Source: Balanoglossus misakiensis
Taxonomy: Eukaryota; Animalia; Hemichordata
Length of the DNA: 64,000 nucleotides
Direction of reading: 5' to 3'
Assembly (NCBI GenBank): GCA_040954595.2
Contig: CM082578.2
Coordinates: forward strand, 17,553,912 to 17,617,911
Positions 27,195 to 40,100 of this stretch are shown here, one piece after another (position 1 is the stretch's first letter; every line of letters starts with the position of its first letter). The position numbers and the translations under genes are program-made. The notes under the pieces were generated by a model that worked only from the letters and a program-made list of their open reading frames with translations, was not told where the DNA came from and made no database searches.

Positions 27195-30100
27195 ATGGCA
27201 GATGAGGAGAAACCAGCAACACCTGCAGCAGAAGAGGGTGCTGCAGAAGAAACTGCAGTAGAGAACCCCGACGTTGCACCTACTGAAGAACAGACTGATG
27301 CTGCTCCTGCAGAAGACCAGGATGACAGTGGCGGTGATGCTGGAGGAGAAACCGATCAAGCTGACAAACCCGAAAAGAGCCAAGAACAAGGTGAAGGAGG
27401 TGAGCAGCCTGAGGCTGTAGAGCAGCCAGATGAAACACAAGAGCCCGAACAGGCAGATGCTGCAGAGAATCAGGGTGACCAGGCAGAGACTGAACAGAGC
27501 CAAGACAAGGCAGAAGATGTAGGAACGGAACAGGAAGAGCAGGTGAAAGAAGATGCGCCAGAGGAAGGAGCTGTTGAGGAGGCGGGTGAGAAGGCTGAAG
27601 GTGGCGAGGAAGAGGGGAAAGCTGTGGAAGGAGAGAGTGAGCAGGTGGAGGGCGAGGCTGAAGATGGAGCAGCGGAAGATGCAGAAAAGACTGAAGAAGC
27701 CGCTGCGAAAGAGGAAGAAACGAAAGACACTGAAGAGACAGCAGAAGAAACAAAAGAAGCTGAAGAGACCGAAGGTGCCAAAGAAGGAGCTGTGGAATCA
27801 GAGGAACAGAAAGAAGAAGGGGATGAAGCTGCAACAGCAGAAGAAACTGGAGAGACGGCTGATGATGTCAAGGCAGATGAGGAAGGATCTCCTCAAGAAG
27901 GGGTGCCTGAAGAGGCAGCACCTGCAGAGGGGGAAGTGCCTGCGGAGGGGGAAGCACCTGCCAAGGAGGAAGCTGTCCCAGAGGAGGGAGTCACTGCAGA
28001 AGCACAAGAGGCGGAAGCTTCTCCTGAAAAGGAGGCACCTGCTGAGACCAAAGAGGAGAAAGAAGAAAAGAAAGAAGATGGAGAACCCAAGGAGCCGCCA
28101 CACACAACAGAAAATGTCGCTGCGGAAACAGAGGAAACTGGAGAGAAACATGAAACCGATCCACATGCAGATTCTCCCACTCCAAGGACATCTATGAGTG
28201 CTACAGCCACAGGTGAATAAAATATGTGCTATTTTTTCACAGTAGATGAATAGTCAGTGAAAGTGTGTTCAACTGGGTAGCAAGTCTGAAATGCCCCAAT
28301 TTCTTTTGCCTATCCCATTACCTAAAGGGTATATGAATGACTTTTTTTTTTCTTTTCTTTTTCCAGTGAAATTTGTCCTGATGCCAACTGGTCAAGTTAC
28401 AACACTAGCATGCGCCCTGGGACAAACCATTGGAGACTTAAAAAGACATTTTTCAGTCGAGTTAAAGATGCCTGCAACCATGCTTGTCCTCATGTTTGAT
28501 GGCAAGGCCATGAGCGATGATGTCACGCTGGCTGCCCTAGGTGTTGATGCCAATGCGACTGTTCAGTTAGAAATAACATCAGCAGACCCGGTGAATACTC
28601 CATTGAAACCCATGAAACCTAAACCAGAATATGTAATGCCAGATGTCGTAACTGTTCGTGTGCAACGAGGTAAGAACACTATTTGATTACTTGGTCAAAG
28701 ACTTCTTCAAACCATGGTGAAAAGATTCGTGAATTCTACAAGTGTGATACAAAAGGTACTAAAGTTTCCTTTCTGTACTTTACTTACTTTGAACAGAGGA
28801 TGGCAGTATCGAAGACGTTGTTGTTGAAATCGAGAGAGCCAGAAAGAGGAAAGCCTACCTGGGTGGATACAGACACAGACTCACCGGTCGAGAATACCAC
28901 CATGCCGCAGCACAGACAAGACCGAAAATGAAGCCAGACAATGGCATCGAAAAATTCTGCCGGGACACTCAAACTGTGGAGGAAAAACACCAAAGACAAC
29001 AGACCAAGATAGACACCTCCACCCAAATGACTGGTATAGGGGTGTACGTCTCAAATATGACAGATAAATTGATGGTGCCGGGACGATACACCACGGCTGA
29101 TGAGCATCTGTCCATGATTGTTAGAAATGTGAGTTATTTTGACACCTTTCATGGTAGTAATGTTCTGACTGTGGCCATGTACAAATGCTGAACATGTTTC
29201 CTAGCCCTTTGAGGTCAGCCACGTATATTCAGCGAGGCTTGCAAGATTATCATAGTGGCTGCCAAATTACTGGTTCTTGATTTACACTGACATTATTTCA
29301 CATCTTTATTTTTACAGGTGATTATACTGCAGTCGTACTTTAGGAGATGGAAAGCAAAACGTGTTGTGGAAAACCTGAAGAAGGATCTGGCCAGGAGACT
29401 GGAATGGGAGAGGCAGGAAGAAATCCGGAAAATGAAAGAAAAGGGAGACAGGATCAAGAAGGAATTTGAAAGGAGAATGAATCCAAAAAGCAAGGAAGAC
29501 TTTGATCTCCTGTACCATGCATTAGAGAGTAAGTTTGTAGGCTTTGGTTAACAGACAAGTAAAATATCATAGGATGGAAATTTTTGTACCAACTCTTGAG
29601 CTTGCAGTTGGTTAAAGAAATGAGGTGATGAAATGTATTCAAGCTTGTTAACACCACATGGTAGATCTTTAGCTGGAGTGTAATAGTGGGACCTCTACTG
29701 GCCATAAGTTTAACTGTCTTTTGTTTTTGTGTGCGTGTGTTTCTGCCCAGAATGGCGACAGGAGGAGCTGGAGGTTTTGAATTCAACCATGACTGGTGCT
29801 CAGCGCAAAGCTGCATTGTGTCATTTACTAGACCAAGAAACTCAACTTATTGCTGCCATTGGACGGCACAAACTGCAAGCGGACACAGAAAACAAGCAGA
29901 AACGGATAGAGAATTTCCTAGAGAAGGTAATGGTTCCCTCTAAACATTGACAACATTTTCTCCAAAACTATTCAACACAAAATCTACATATTGATATTTT
30001 TAAAAGTTTATGTTATTGGAAAACTTAAAAACAAAAACAGGTTATAATAATCCAAAATTCACACAGTTTTCATGTTTTCTTCTTTGTTTTACAGTGTGCT

Positions 30101-32006
30101 GCCCCCAAGAGGTGGAGGGCATTTGATGGCAAAAAGACGGAGATGGACACACAGTATACAATTAGAGCACGGGAACTTAAAGATATTTATAATAGTATTA
30201 ACATGAAATATTTAACACAGGATGAAAGACTTGATGTCTTATTGACACTCAAACACACAGTCAAGGTAAGATTGTGCGGAATTCTATTTATATATTGCAA
30301 AGTATTTGAACTCACCTAATTGGCTCATCCATTTACCCCAACACACACTGAGCCCTTGTCCATACATGGCCATACTTTGTGAATAACCCAACAGTACTGC
30401 CACAAAAATCTTGAGTAGTACACGTAAATAGTAATCCTTGTACTTTATGTTTACACAGGAACATGACTGCAAACTTACACAAGAAATCATTGAACTGATC
30501 GACCGGGAAGCAGACTTGTTGATGAGGGGAGTCCGGGAGTCTAACCTGGAGGGACTCAGGAAGAGGATATCCACCCTGTTCCTGCAGTATATCAAAACAC
30601 CAACATTCAATGCAGAAGCTGCGAGATTACTCAAGGTGCGTGTACATTTGAGTGCCATTACTTCAGAAATTAGAAGTCTTGGAAGCATGTGAGATTAACA
30701 GCATTTAGCTCATTTGATCACTCCCAAGGTTATGCTTTCCTTGCATGCAATATTCTACCTATCCACAAAAGTAGGTTGGTACAGATAATAATGGAAAATA
30801 ATTGAAACACACACAAGTATTTTTGCATGAGTGATTTGCAGCATGTCTGACATCTGTTTGACACGTCTCACCACAGGTGCCCCAGGATCCATCAACTCTG
30901 CGCAAGAATATCTACTTCTGTCCAAGCTGCAACCAGTATCTCCCATCGACCGAGTTCTCGCTGTCTTCCAACGCCAGGGTGGTCGGCAAGTGCCGTCAAT
31001 GTGCCAAGCTGGACAACGATGGCCGGGTCCGCCAGGACTACTCCCACTACCGATTCTTGCTCAAGAACTTGCGCAAGGCGGAGGAGGGGTACGGAGACGA
31101 CTCCAGGATTGCTTTCCTTCTCCAGGTTTGTGTTTGTTTTCTTCCCTTTTTGGTGAAAAAATGAAGATTGTTTAATTATTCAGCTAAATTCCTATGCAGG
31201 CCTGCAATCCAGGTGCCACTTTTCATGACATCGTGTTTACTATTTTCTCCCCCCTGTGCAGGAGGTTGATATGCGCTACCTGGTGGAGAATATCTGGGCC
31301 TCACAGAGCATCCTCAGTGCCTGGGATGACCTCTATGACCTTGTCCTGGTTCGCTGGGATAGAACTGAGGAGTGGTCGCCATGGAACTGCATCCTCCTCA
31401 CCAAGGATGAAGCTGCTGCTCATCTTAAGCTGCAAGAAGTTGAAGAGGTAAGATTTCGATCTCTTTGAATCAAGTGCAAAAGGCAATTAATTGAAAACGT
31501 TTACAGTACTAGTTCTGTAACTCCAGCAGTATTTTAACAAAATGGTAAAAGTTGGTTAAATATGATGAAACCCAAGTGATAAATTATAGAAATGCCTATT
31601 GGCTGTACATCATTTTATTTTATGATTGATGGTTGGTAAACCTGGGTCAGATATAAATCACCAAATGAATATTTGCTACCCACTTGAGAGTTTGACAACC
31701 TGATATTAAGCAACAATTTTATTGCTGTCCTTATCATCAGACATTGACAAAAAATGTGACCCCCTGCATTCTTTAATGCTTTGTTGCCATGGTTTCACCA
31801 CCTAAAACACTTATCTGCTTTGTTTTACTTCACAGTCGTACGGAAGAGTGTTCTGTCACAAGATCCGGTCCAAGCACACGCTGGCCCGGAACTATTTCTC
31901 CAGACTTCCGGGCATGGCGGAACACATGAGGAAGAAAGCCAGCCAGCCCAAACCTGGCAATTCCCTGGGAAGTCGAGCTGTTACCTTTCAGTCCACCAAG
32001 GCATAG
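27195..32006 (+). CDS. IQUB: IQ motif and ubiquitin-like domain protein (radial spoke RS1 component, FAP253 family), about 997 aa, 10 coding exons
   Basis: Exons 27195-28212, 28367-28669, 28797-29128, 29318-29528, 29751-29926, 30095-30265, 30459-30635, 30877-31125, 31262-31447, 31836-32006 (sum 2994 nt, in frame). Contains a ubiquitin-like domain, FCRDTQT, IQ motif [30 protein letters not shown] and [18 protein letters not shown]. Confidence 0.95.
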
Positions 32007-32343
32007 ATGACCCCCCCTCACCTGTTGAACTCAGTCTTGTTGTCCTATTTACATCTAAGTTTAGTCGAAGAAATCTGTTTGGCATGTTGTACATAGAATT
32101 TGAATATAAATCTGTCATTCTTTACTGAATTATTGCAATTAACCTGTACAGAATGTTATATAGAATACTAAATCTAAATAATTACTGAGCAATTAATCAT
32201 TGTAAAAATAATAATATTTGCCATAGAAATTTTTGCATATGATATTTGTACATTTGAATGTTCAATGTGTGAACACATCTGAGCAGACTTTATTTTTGTC
32301 ATTGAATGTAAGCATGTTACCATGGAAACATTATTCTCATGAA

Positions 32344-32349
32344 AATAAA
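32344..32349 (+). terminator. Putative polyadenylation signal of IQUB
   Basis: AATAAA about 340 nt after the stop, in an AT-rich 3' UTR. Confidence 0.45.
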
Positions 32350-33288
32350 GACAATTTTGAGATAAATGTTAATGATTGCATAGCTTTTGTCATAACTTTC
32401 TAAAAATTATTACCCCCTTCCCACCATTCTTCCATAGTTTAGAGTACAAATGCATATCCCACTTCGGCTAGGGAGTCCTTAATGGGGCATATTAAACAAT
32501 TGTGATTCCAAAAAGAATGTGTCAAGATATTTGAGACATGCCCGCTTTCAATCAAAAATCACTTTATGTGTGACTTTGTAAGGGCTCGAATCTTTTCTCG
32601 AATCATATTCTTCAGACTTTTCCAAACACCGAAATAGTAGCCCATCTGTACACAGTGCAATGACATCGAAGTGAGTGTTACAATTTGGGTCAAATGTTAC
32701 CCTAAGATTTCCAGTTAAGGATGTACACACAGAATGTAAACTGCGCAAATGCGTGGACATTTGCCTCTTTCCGTTGTATTACGGTATTTTTGCATCTACA
32801 GATAAAAAGTTAAATTAAGTTGACATTACTATCCTACATGTACCAAAAAACTTATTTAAGTTGAACCCGCAGATATCGTATAAGATAAAAGCTGGATATT
32901 TCGATTCTCAAAAGAACGAGTACAGATCGTCAAGAACTTTAACTTAAGTTGTGACTTCTCGGCATTATTTATGAAAAACGAGCTTATGATTTGACGTTTA
33001 TATTGTTTCCATCGTCTGATAAATAATAATGATTATTGCATCGAGAAATCCAATTGGCTGCAAGGTCCTCCCATTGGGAAGTCAGGGGTCATTTCCATGG
33101 AGATATAGGTATATATCATTTTGACAGGAATTGCTACCTGATTACTGCGTATACCCCGAGTTTGACTTGTGTGATGGCATATTAACCAGGCAGAGCGGAC
33201 TTCTGTGTACTTGAACTTTCTTCAATCAACCCTATATGCTGTAACCTGTACCTGTCAACTGAATAGGTCTCTAAAGGCGGGCTACACA

Positions 33289-36200
33289 ATGCTTAGGGGT
33301 CTCGTGTCCAAACCATCAGACAGTATTTTGATGCTGCTGACGGCGACCTACATTTTGAATTTCGGTGTTTCTGCGTCTGATTCAGGCCCCGCCGCGCTTT
33401 GTATCATGGACATGCCGTCGCAGTGTACACACGTGGTGAGTTTGTTAGCGTTTATCTTTTTTTCCAAGGCGATCCGAGAACTTTCTCCGCACGATACGTG
33501 TGGCTCGTCCAGTAACCCACCTGTTGAATTTGTTGCGTGCTGGTCATTTGGCGCGGGTTAAAAACTGAACGCCACTGCATTATAAAAATCTCAAAGTATC
33601 TTGGATGCGTTCTGTAATATTCTAGGATATCAGGTACACAATGTAGATTATAAGACACCACTATACATAGGAGCGAGGACACCCCACACACGTTTGTCCA
33701 TACCCCTGTAACTCGAACCCGTCGAGAACGCAGCACAGGGACTGTCCCTACTTGCCACTAAAGAGTCTTAAAATACCACAGGTGATAGGCCTAGTAAGCA
33801 AACTTTGAACATAATAGCGCGGAAGGTTCACCTTAGGGTCGACACAGATCAGAGGATCTTATCCTTTTCAGTAGACTATCGGTGTTTACGTGTGCAATCG
33901 GGCATATACCCAAGATTTAGCTTGTGTGGAGCGACGGGAAAAATCTCCCCACGTGTTGCGGTAGATTGAATAGGAACGACTTAACTACTACTGGTGACGG
34001 GGGAAGTGTATGTCAAATTCGACCATTCATCATGGGTGCAGGGTCTGCGCAGATGAGCGTTCAAATTTGTCGGGAGGTCATTATCCATGCACTGTTCCTT
34101 TAAGGAAATAACAGGAGATAACATCATTTCAATCAGCTCACTGTAAAGCTGAACGTCGTTGCATCATGATTCAAAGTTGCAAGATTTGATTTATTTCCTA
34201 TGGAAAGACCACGCGAGACGGTGTAAACGACGAGGATGAACTATTTACTTGAATACGTATCAGACATTTTACTAAACAATTCAGTGATGTTTGTTGTTAA
34301 AATAACTCAAAAGGGGAAGTGAAAGTTTTATTCAAAACGTTGTTCAAAATCAAGTAAAAGTTGCAAAACAAATAACGCATTGTAACATTTACACGTACTG
34401 GCCGCTTACGATCTTAACATTGGCCCCGATCGGTTTGTACAGCTGCTTTGTCATGCGAGTCTGATCGCAACAGCTTTAGTTTGAGAATTCCACATCTTGA
34501 ACATATCGCCAAGCAACTTCAAGTTGCCTTCCCGTCAACCAACACGACGGTGGAATTAGAAGAGATGGAATGTTTGCCATTTTTCGACCACTGCGAGAGA
34601 GAGAGAAATCATTAGGAAATGACTGCTGGAAATTTGGCCAACATTTTTACACAAGTTTTATCAAACATTATTTTAACATAGTCTACAATCTCTCTCGGTT
34701 TTCCTTGGCTCTCCGGGAAAACATGCAAAGCCAAGAAACATAAGATGTCAAGGGAAATGTATATTTCATCTATTCATACAGAAGAAGGAATTCTTAGAAA
34801 AGAGGCAACAACCGCCCTTCCTAAAATATCAGTTGTAAAATTTAGTCTGAGTCGGAAAAAGACAGGATATCTCAGGTAAAGCAACATATGCCATAAATTA
34901 ATAATACAGCAAGTGTGTATTTATCAGTACTGAAATAGGCATAGTCCTGTTTTTCTTTATGACTTGATTCATTTATCAACAACCAGAGAATTTGACTAGG
35001 GGGGACTTTTAGACTGAACTTACATGTGGTAGGACGTCGGAAGCCAAAGAACCGAGAAAGGAATATCCATAATGGATTATCACGATTTTCCATAATGGAT
35101 ATGCAGTAGAAACTTACAAGGTTGCCGATACCGAAAAACGCCATTTTGTTTTATTATCTTACTTCTGACATGGAGTTTGAGCGGTCGTGACTCGGTTGGT
35201 CCTAAATATACTCTAGTACGCTTTTTTTGAATAACAATTTCACCGCCGTTGTTGTGTGGATGGATAGAGGATAAATATCGATATCATTGATCTAGGTCTG
35301 AAGACTTGTGGCCTATGTAATCATTTTAAAAGGCAACGACAAAGCCATATAAACGACGCAGTTGCATTAGCCAGATACGGTTTGGATGGCAGCAATTTCT
35401 TAGAAAATGAAGAAATGAGTGGAAAATTGAGTGGGAACAACATGCAGCACTTATAGGACCCTCTGTGCGTCAGTGTGCAAACAGAACAAAGGATACCGAC
35501 GGACAATCATTTCTACATCAAACGCACGAATCGACATCTTTTATGTTCCGATAAAGATTTTTTACATTGTTTTCTGTAATTAATTAATTTATTTTGCATT
35601 TAAATTGAGAGATCATTCTAATATTTCATGCCTTCAAGTCATAAGTCTCCTGATATGTATCTTGTGCAAACACCTTGTCTAAGTGACCCCCAAGCCAACA
35701 AACTTGGCGACCCCATGTTCTACATCGACAACTGTGAATTGGGTCATTTGTAGGCAATTTGAGAATGTTCATCTTTTTTCCATCTTCCTTCTAGAATTCC
35801 AACGGCAACCGTTTGCCTTGCTTCATCACTGAGAACGGTAAGTCTGCCCACTGTATGCATTTGCTGTTTTGGTTGCCACGGAAACGCCCAAATATCTCTA
35901 CGGTGCATGCCCGGATGTACGTGACATCTTTTAATTGCTGATTTTCGCATTTTCTTTAAAAGCGTTGTCAAAATATGTTATAGAAATTAGAAGACGCCTG
36001 TCTGTTTGTGAAGTATGGGACCGTCACGGTTGGTTCCGCCGGTAGGCCTAAATAAAAAAGTCCCCAAAACTGCTGAGTCAGCTCAGCCAAAGGTCTCCAC
36101 AACGAAAACACTGTTCACCCTATTGACCTTAGATTATGTCTACGACCATTATTGTTCATACACACATTTGAATATTACAGAGGGAGGTTGCTTGGACAAC

Positions 36201-37071
36201 CTCTATCCTCCGGTCAACTGGTATGAAATTCCAGCCAAACCACGGGACGTAAGAATTGTCAACAGGAAGTCCATCGGCGATAGCACGTTAGATTACCCAG
36301 AATTCAACATAACCTGGATTCTTGATTTGAAGCATAGTGAGTAAAATCCTTGGGTTGTGGGTTAAAATTGAATCATATTGCAACAGGAAAACGCATAGTG
36401 CCAACTTATGATGTAGCCACTTAAAGTAAATTGTGCACTAGATCTTTTGTGCTTAAAATCACGCCTTTTCTCGCAGATCCCGATAAGGTACAAGGCATAC
36501 AGATTGCAATCACTGGTTTAACGAACCATCACAAATTCGAACACAGCCTCTTCAACAAAGTTAAATGTGTGACATTTGACCTTTCAACAGCTGATCTCAC
36601 CACATCTGACGTAAGTTAACATTCTTACTAATTTTAGATGCATGTTGACGATGCTTATCATCGTATGAAGATATCTTTTTCAGTATGTATAACGCTTAGC
36701 CTACTGGACAGATAAGACAGATTAACATGCTTCTTTTGATAGTGCTTTTAAACGCACGCACAGTAGTTTACGCACCTTCGTCGAACCAAATTTACTGTAG
36801 TCTTTTTTTATCTTGAAGGTCCCCAGTCTTCCTTTTTATTTCGACTGTTTTGGACAACTTTCTCCGGAATCTCGCTATGCGGTGATGTTAAGAACTTTGC
36901 CTCTACCAGAATCTGACCGCCATGACGTCACTCGATCGAGTACAATGGTATGGAAGATCGTATCGACACCAAGTAAGGGGAAGATGATTTTCTCCGACCC
37001 TTTCCGACAAGTCACCAAGGAGTGTGTTGCAACCAATTTTGAATACTGAATACATCTGGTGACCAATTTTT

Positions 37072-37145
<74 letters not shown>

Positions 37146-40100
37146 TCGCTCATTGGCTTAAACAAGTAATCCACGCGTTAACAAAACCACCGAGTAAACC
37201 AACTTGGCGTTTCTCTCCTACAGCTTGCAGTGACCCTATAGCCAAGAATTTTTACGAGTGTAATCGTAAGCCACAGGCAGGGTGTAAGTATTTATAAACT
37301 TATTTACGACGGACATCATTACCAGGGAAATTTTTGAATAGTGACAATGTATTTTTTCCAGAGGCCTATGGAAATACGCACTGCTTTTATCCACTTTCGC
37401 TTGTTTAGTTTTGCTTTGTTTCGAATGTAGGCCACTGCGCGACGGCGCTCAACTTATGGTGTGCCAAGATTCGGAACGTAAAAGTCAACAAGTATTGACC
37501 ATTAAATTAAGAAAACATGTTTACCTAAATACACTCTGTAGTATTCTAGATAAGCCATTTAAACACACTACAAGTTGTCCATTCTCCCATTTTACTAGAC
37601 GAACCGGCTTATTGGGCACCAGTAACTATGGAAACTCATACTTACGGCTACAATGAAATCACGGTGCGGTTTGATTTACCGCCAGAGGAGTACAATTTAG
37701 ACGTGATTACAGTGTACATATTCCACCATGATTCAAAAACGTGTCAGACAAGAAAGCCAGTATTTTACCAAGATCTCGAAGTGGTAAGCCACATTATGCG
37801 TATATTAACCCCATTACAAAAATATCAACCGTGTAATCGAAACCACAAAATGTCAGATATTCCCTCTCTAACTGAAATCAGAGAAAGTCTATGCTGTCTG
37901 TCTGTCTGTTTCTTCGGCGATCCTTATACCATGAGCAAAACAAAGTCCAGAAATCAACACTAATTTCACATTGTTGAACTTCACCTTTCTCTTTCAGACA
38001 ATTGCTGACACATACACGTATGCTCATGCTCCCATAACGAACCAGACCAGTGAAAATATAACAATGCTGACGTTTACGGCGCACAATGTATCCGGTGGAT
38101 ACTACTGCGCAGGGGTATGTACACTTCCATGGTGTCATTTGTTATACATGTATAGTGTTATAACCTGACGCTTAATTCACGAGACAGTTACGATGTATTT
38201 AAAGAGAACAAAACAGTCGCATTCTAGAGGAAACATTCCTGAAAATTCGCAGAAATGACATCCAGCCGACTTTTTATCTTTCACAGATTCGACCCAATCC
38301 CAGCAGAAGACTAGTATGCAAATCAGGACCAAGGAGGAGTTTTGTGATTTGCACGATGACAATCTCGGCTCCATTTGCGATCTTAGGTGAGAAGTGTCAC
38401 CTACTGTTATTTGCATGTGAGCAGTAAGTTTGCCAGTCTGTCTCTGTCCGTATATCTCTACCTGTCAGTCAGTCAGTCTGGCTGTCTATCTGTCTCTCCG
38501 TGTCTCTTTGGCGATCAAGCATAAACCATTGACTAGCTAGCTATTTACTGTAACCGAAACAAACTACTCTTTATTTCAATCTTTGCACCCAGATGACCCA
38601 TGTGAAACGAAACCATGTGGTGTACATGGAATATGCAACAGCAACGGCCCTGAGTATTCGTGTGACTGCTCACCGGGTTTCACACTGAAAGATGGGTTCT
38701 GCCAAGGTGAGTTTTTACCACCTGGTGGCGCTGTATACATTTCCAAAGAACCTTTGTATCGTTGACACTAACCTGAATGCGCCACCCTTTCAGAAAATTC
38801 CTGCTATGGCAATCCCTGTGGTCATAATGGTACATGCCAAACGGTTATTGGTAAATCGCACTTTACATGCGAATGTAATGACGGATATAACTCGTATCAG
38901 GGACACTGCACAGGTATGCTATTCTTTTAGAAATTTAAGTTGCTATTGTTTGAGAGAAGATAGATTGAGAAATGACGCTGGATTTATTTTGAGAAGAACA
39001 ACTTTAACACCAGAATTTTCACAAATAAAAGTGCATGGAAGATTGGGTCTCTCTCTCTCTCTCCTGTTGTCTCTTAACTTTTTGGAGTCAATAAATTTCC
39101 CAATTATTCCAGTTGATCCGTGTAAGGCTGCTTCCCTCATCAAATGTGGTCAATATGGAGTGTGCTTCCCAACCCGAGAAATGGATAATTTTACATGTCA
39201 GTGCCTTGAAGGTTATGTGGAAATCGACAGGTTGTGTCAAGGTATGTCCACGTGTGTATTGCCCACATAATATCGACAGCGTTGCCAACATTCCATCATT
39301 CACTTTTTTAAAATGGTAAATGTAGTTTGGCATCTTACCAGGTGCGACACCTGTATTACGTCACGAGGAAATTCCACTCAAAGTGGTGTACTGTCGCCGC
39401 AGAAATTTGTTCGTCAATGTGACCGACCAACCGACCACTGGCCACTGACTGACCGTTCGACCGATCTGTCTTGACAAGCTGTCCACGATGCGCAAATAAT
39501 AAAAGCTGCGTCGTCCTCTGCAGCTCCCGGACAGAGTTTGACATACATCACTATAGCAACGGTTGGAGGGACCTGCACGGGACTATTTCTGTTGGTTCCA
39601 TTGATGGTGTGGGCGATCCGAAGGAGGAAGAAGAGTGGAAGGGGTCGACAGATTAATTTACAACCCCTGTCGGCCAAAAATATGCGTCAGTATAATCAAG
39701 GTATTTTTGTGTGTCGAGATATGAAATTATAAGTCTTCTTCAATCTCATTTATCATGCATAGTATCCATGGTCATACAACCGTAACATACTCAGAATACA
39801 TATTTTTAAACCTTCCGTGATGAGTTTTGTCTAGACATGATAAATCTTTGTAAAATAAGGTGTGTATTTCTGTTTCAGTATCAATGCCCCTGACTTCCAC
39901 GGAAGCTGACTGTGTGAACCCAGAATTGTTGTTACTTTACTCCAAAGACTGCAGTCAACACATCCACGTGGTGGAGTGCTTTGCGCGGTTCTTGGAGATT
40001 CGCTTTGGATGCAAGGTGCATCTGGATCTCTGGCAGACGACAGAAATCGCACCCGCGAAGACCGAGTGGCTGTTCCAGAAGATGAAACTCGCGGATAAGA

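Noticed and set aside
27165-28210. Several long antisense and alternate-frame ORFs over IQUB exon 2
   Set aside because: Shadow ORFs of a purine-rich low-complexity exon with few stop codons.
32316-32329. Near-perfect X-box GTTACCATGGAAAC in the IQUB 3' UTR (similar motifs at 31783 and 46257)
   Set aside because: Far from a TSS, and the motif recurs in unrelated positions, so function cannot be supported.
36903-37145. Poly-Met ORF on the minus strand
   Set aside because: Translation of the (CAT)n microsatellite.
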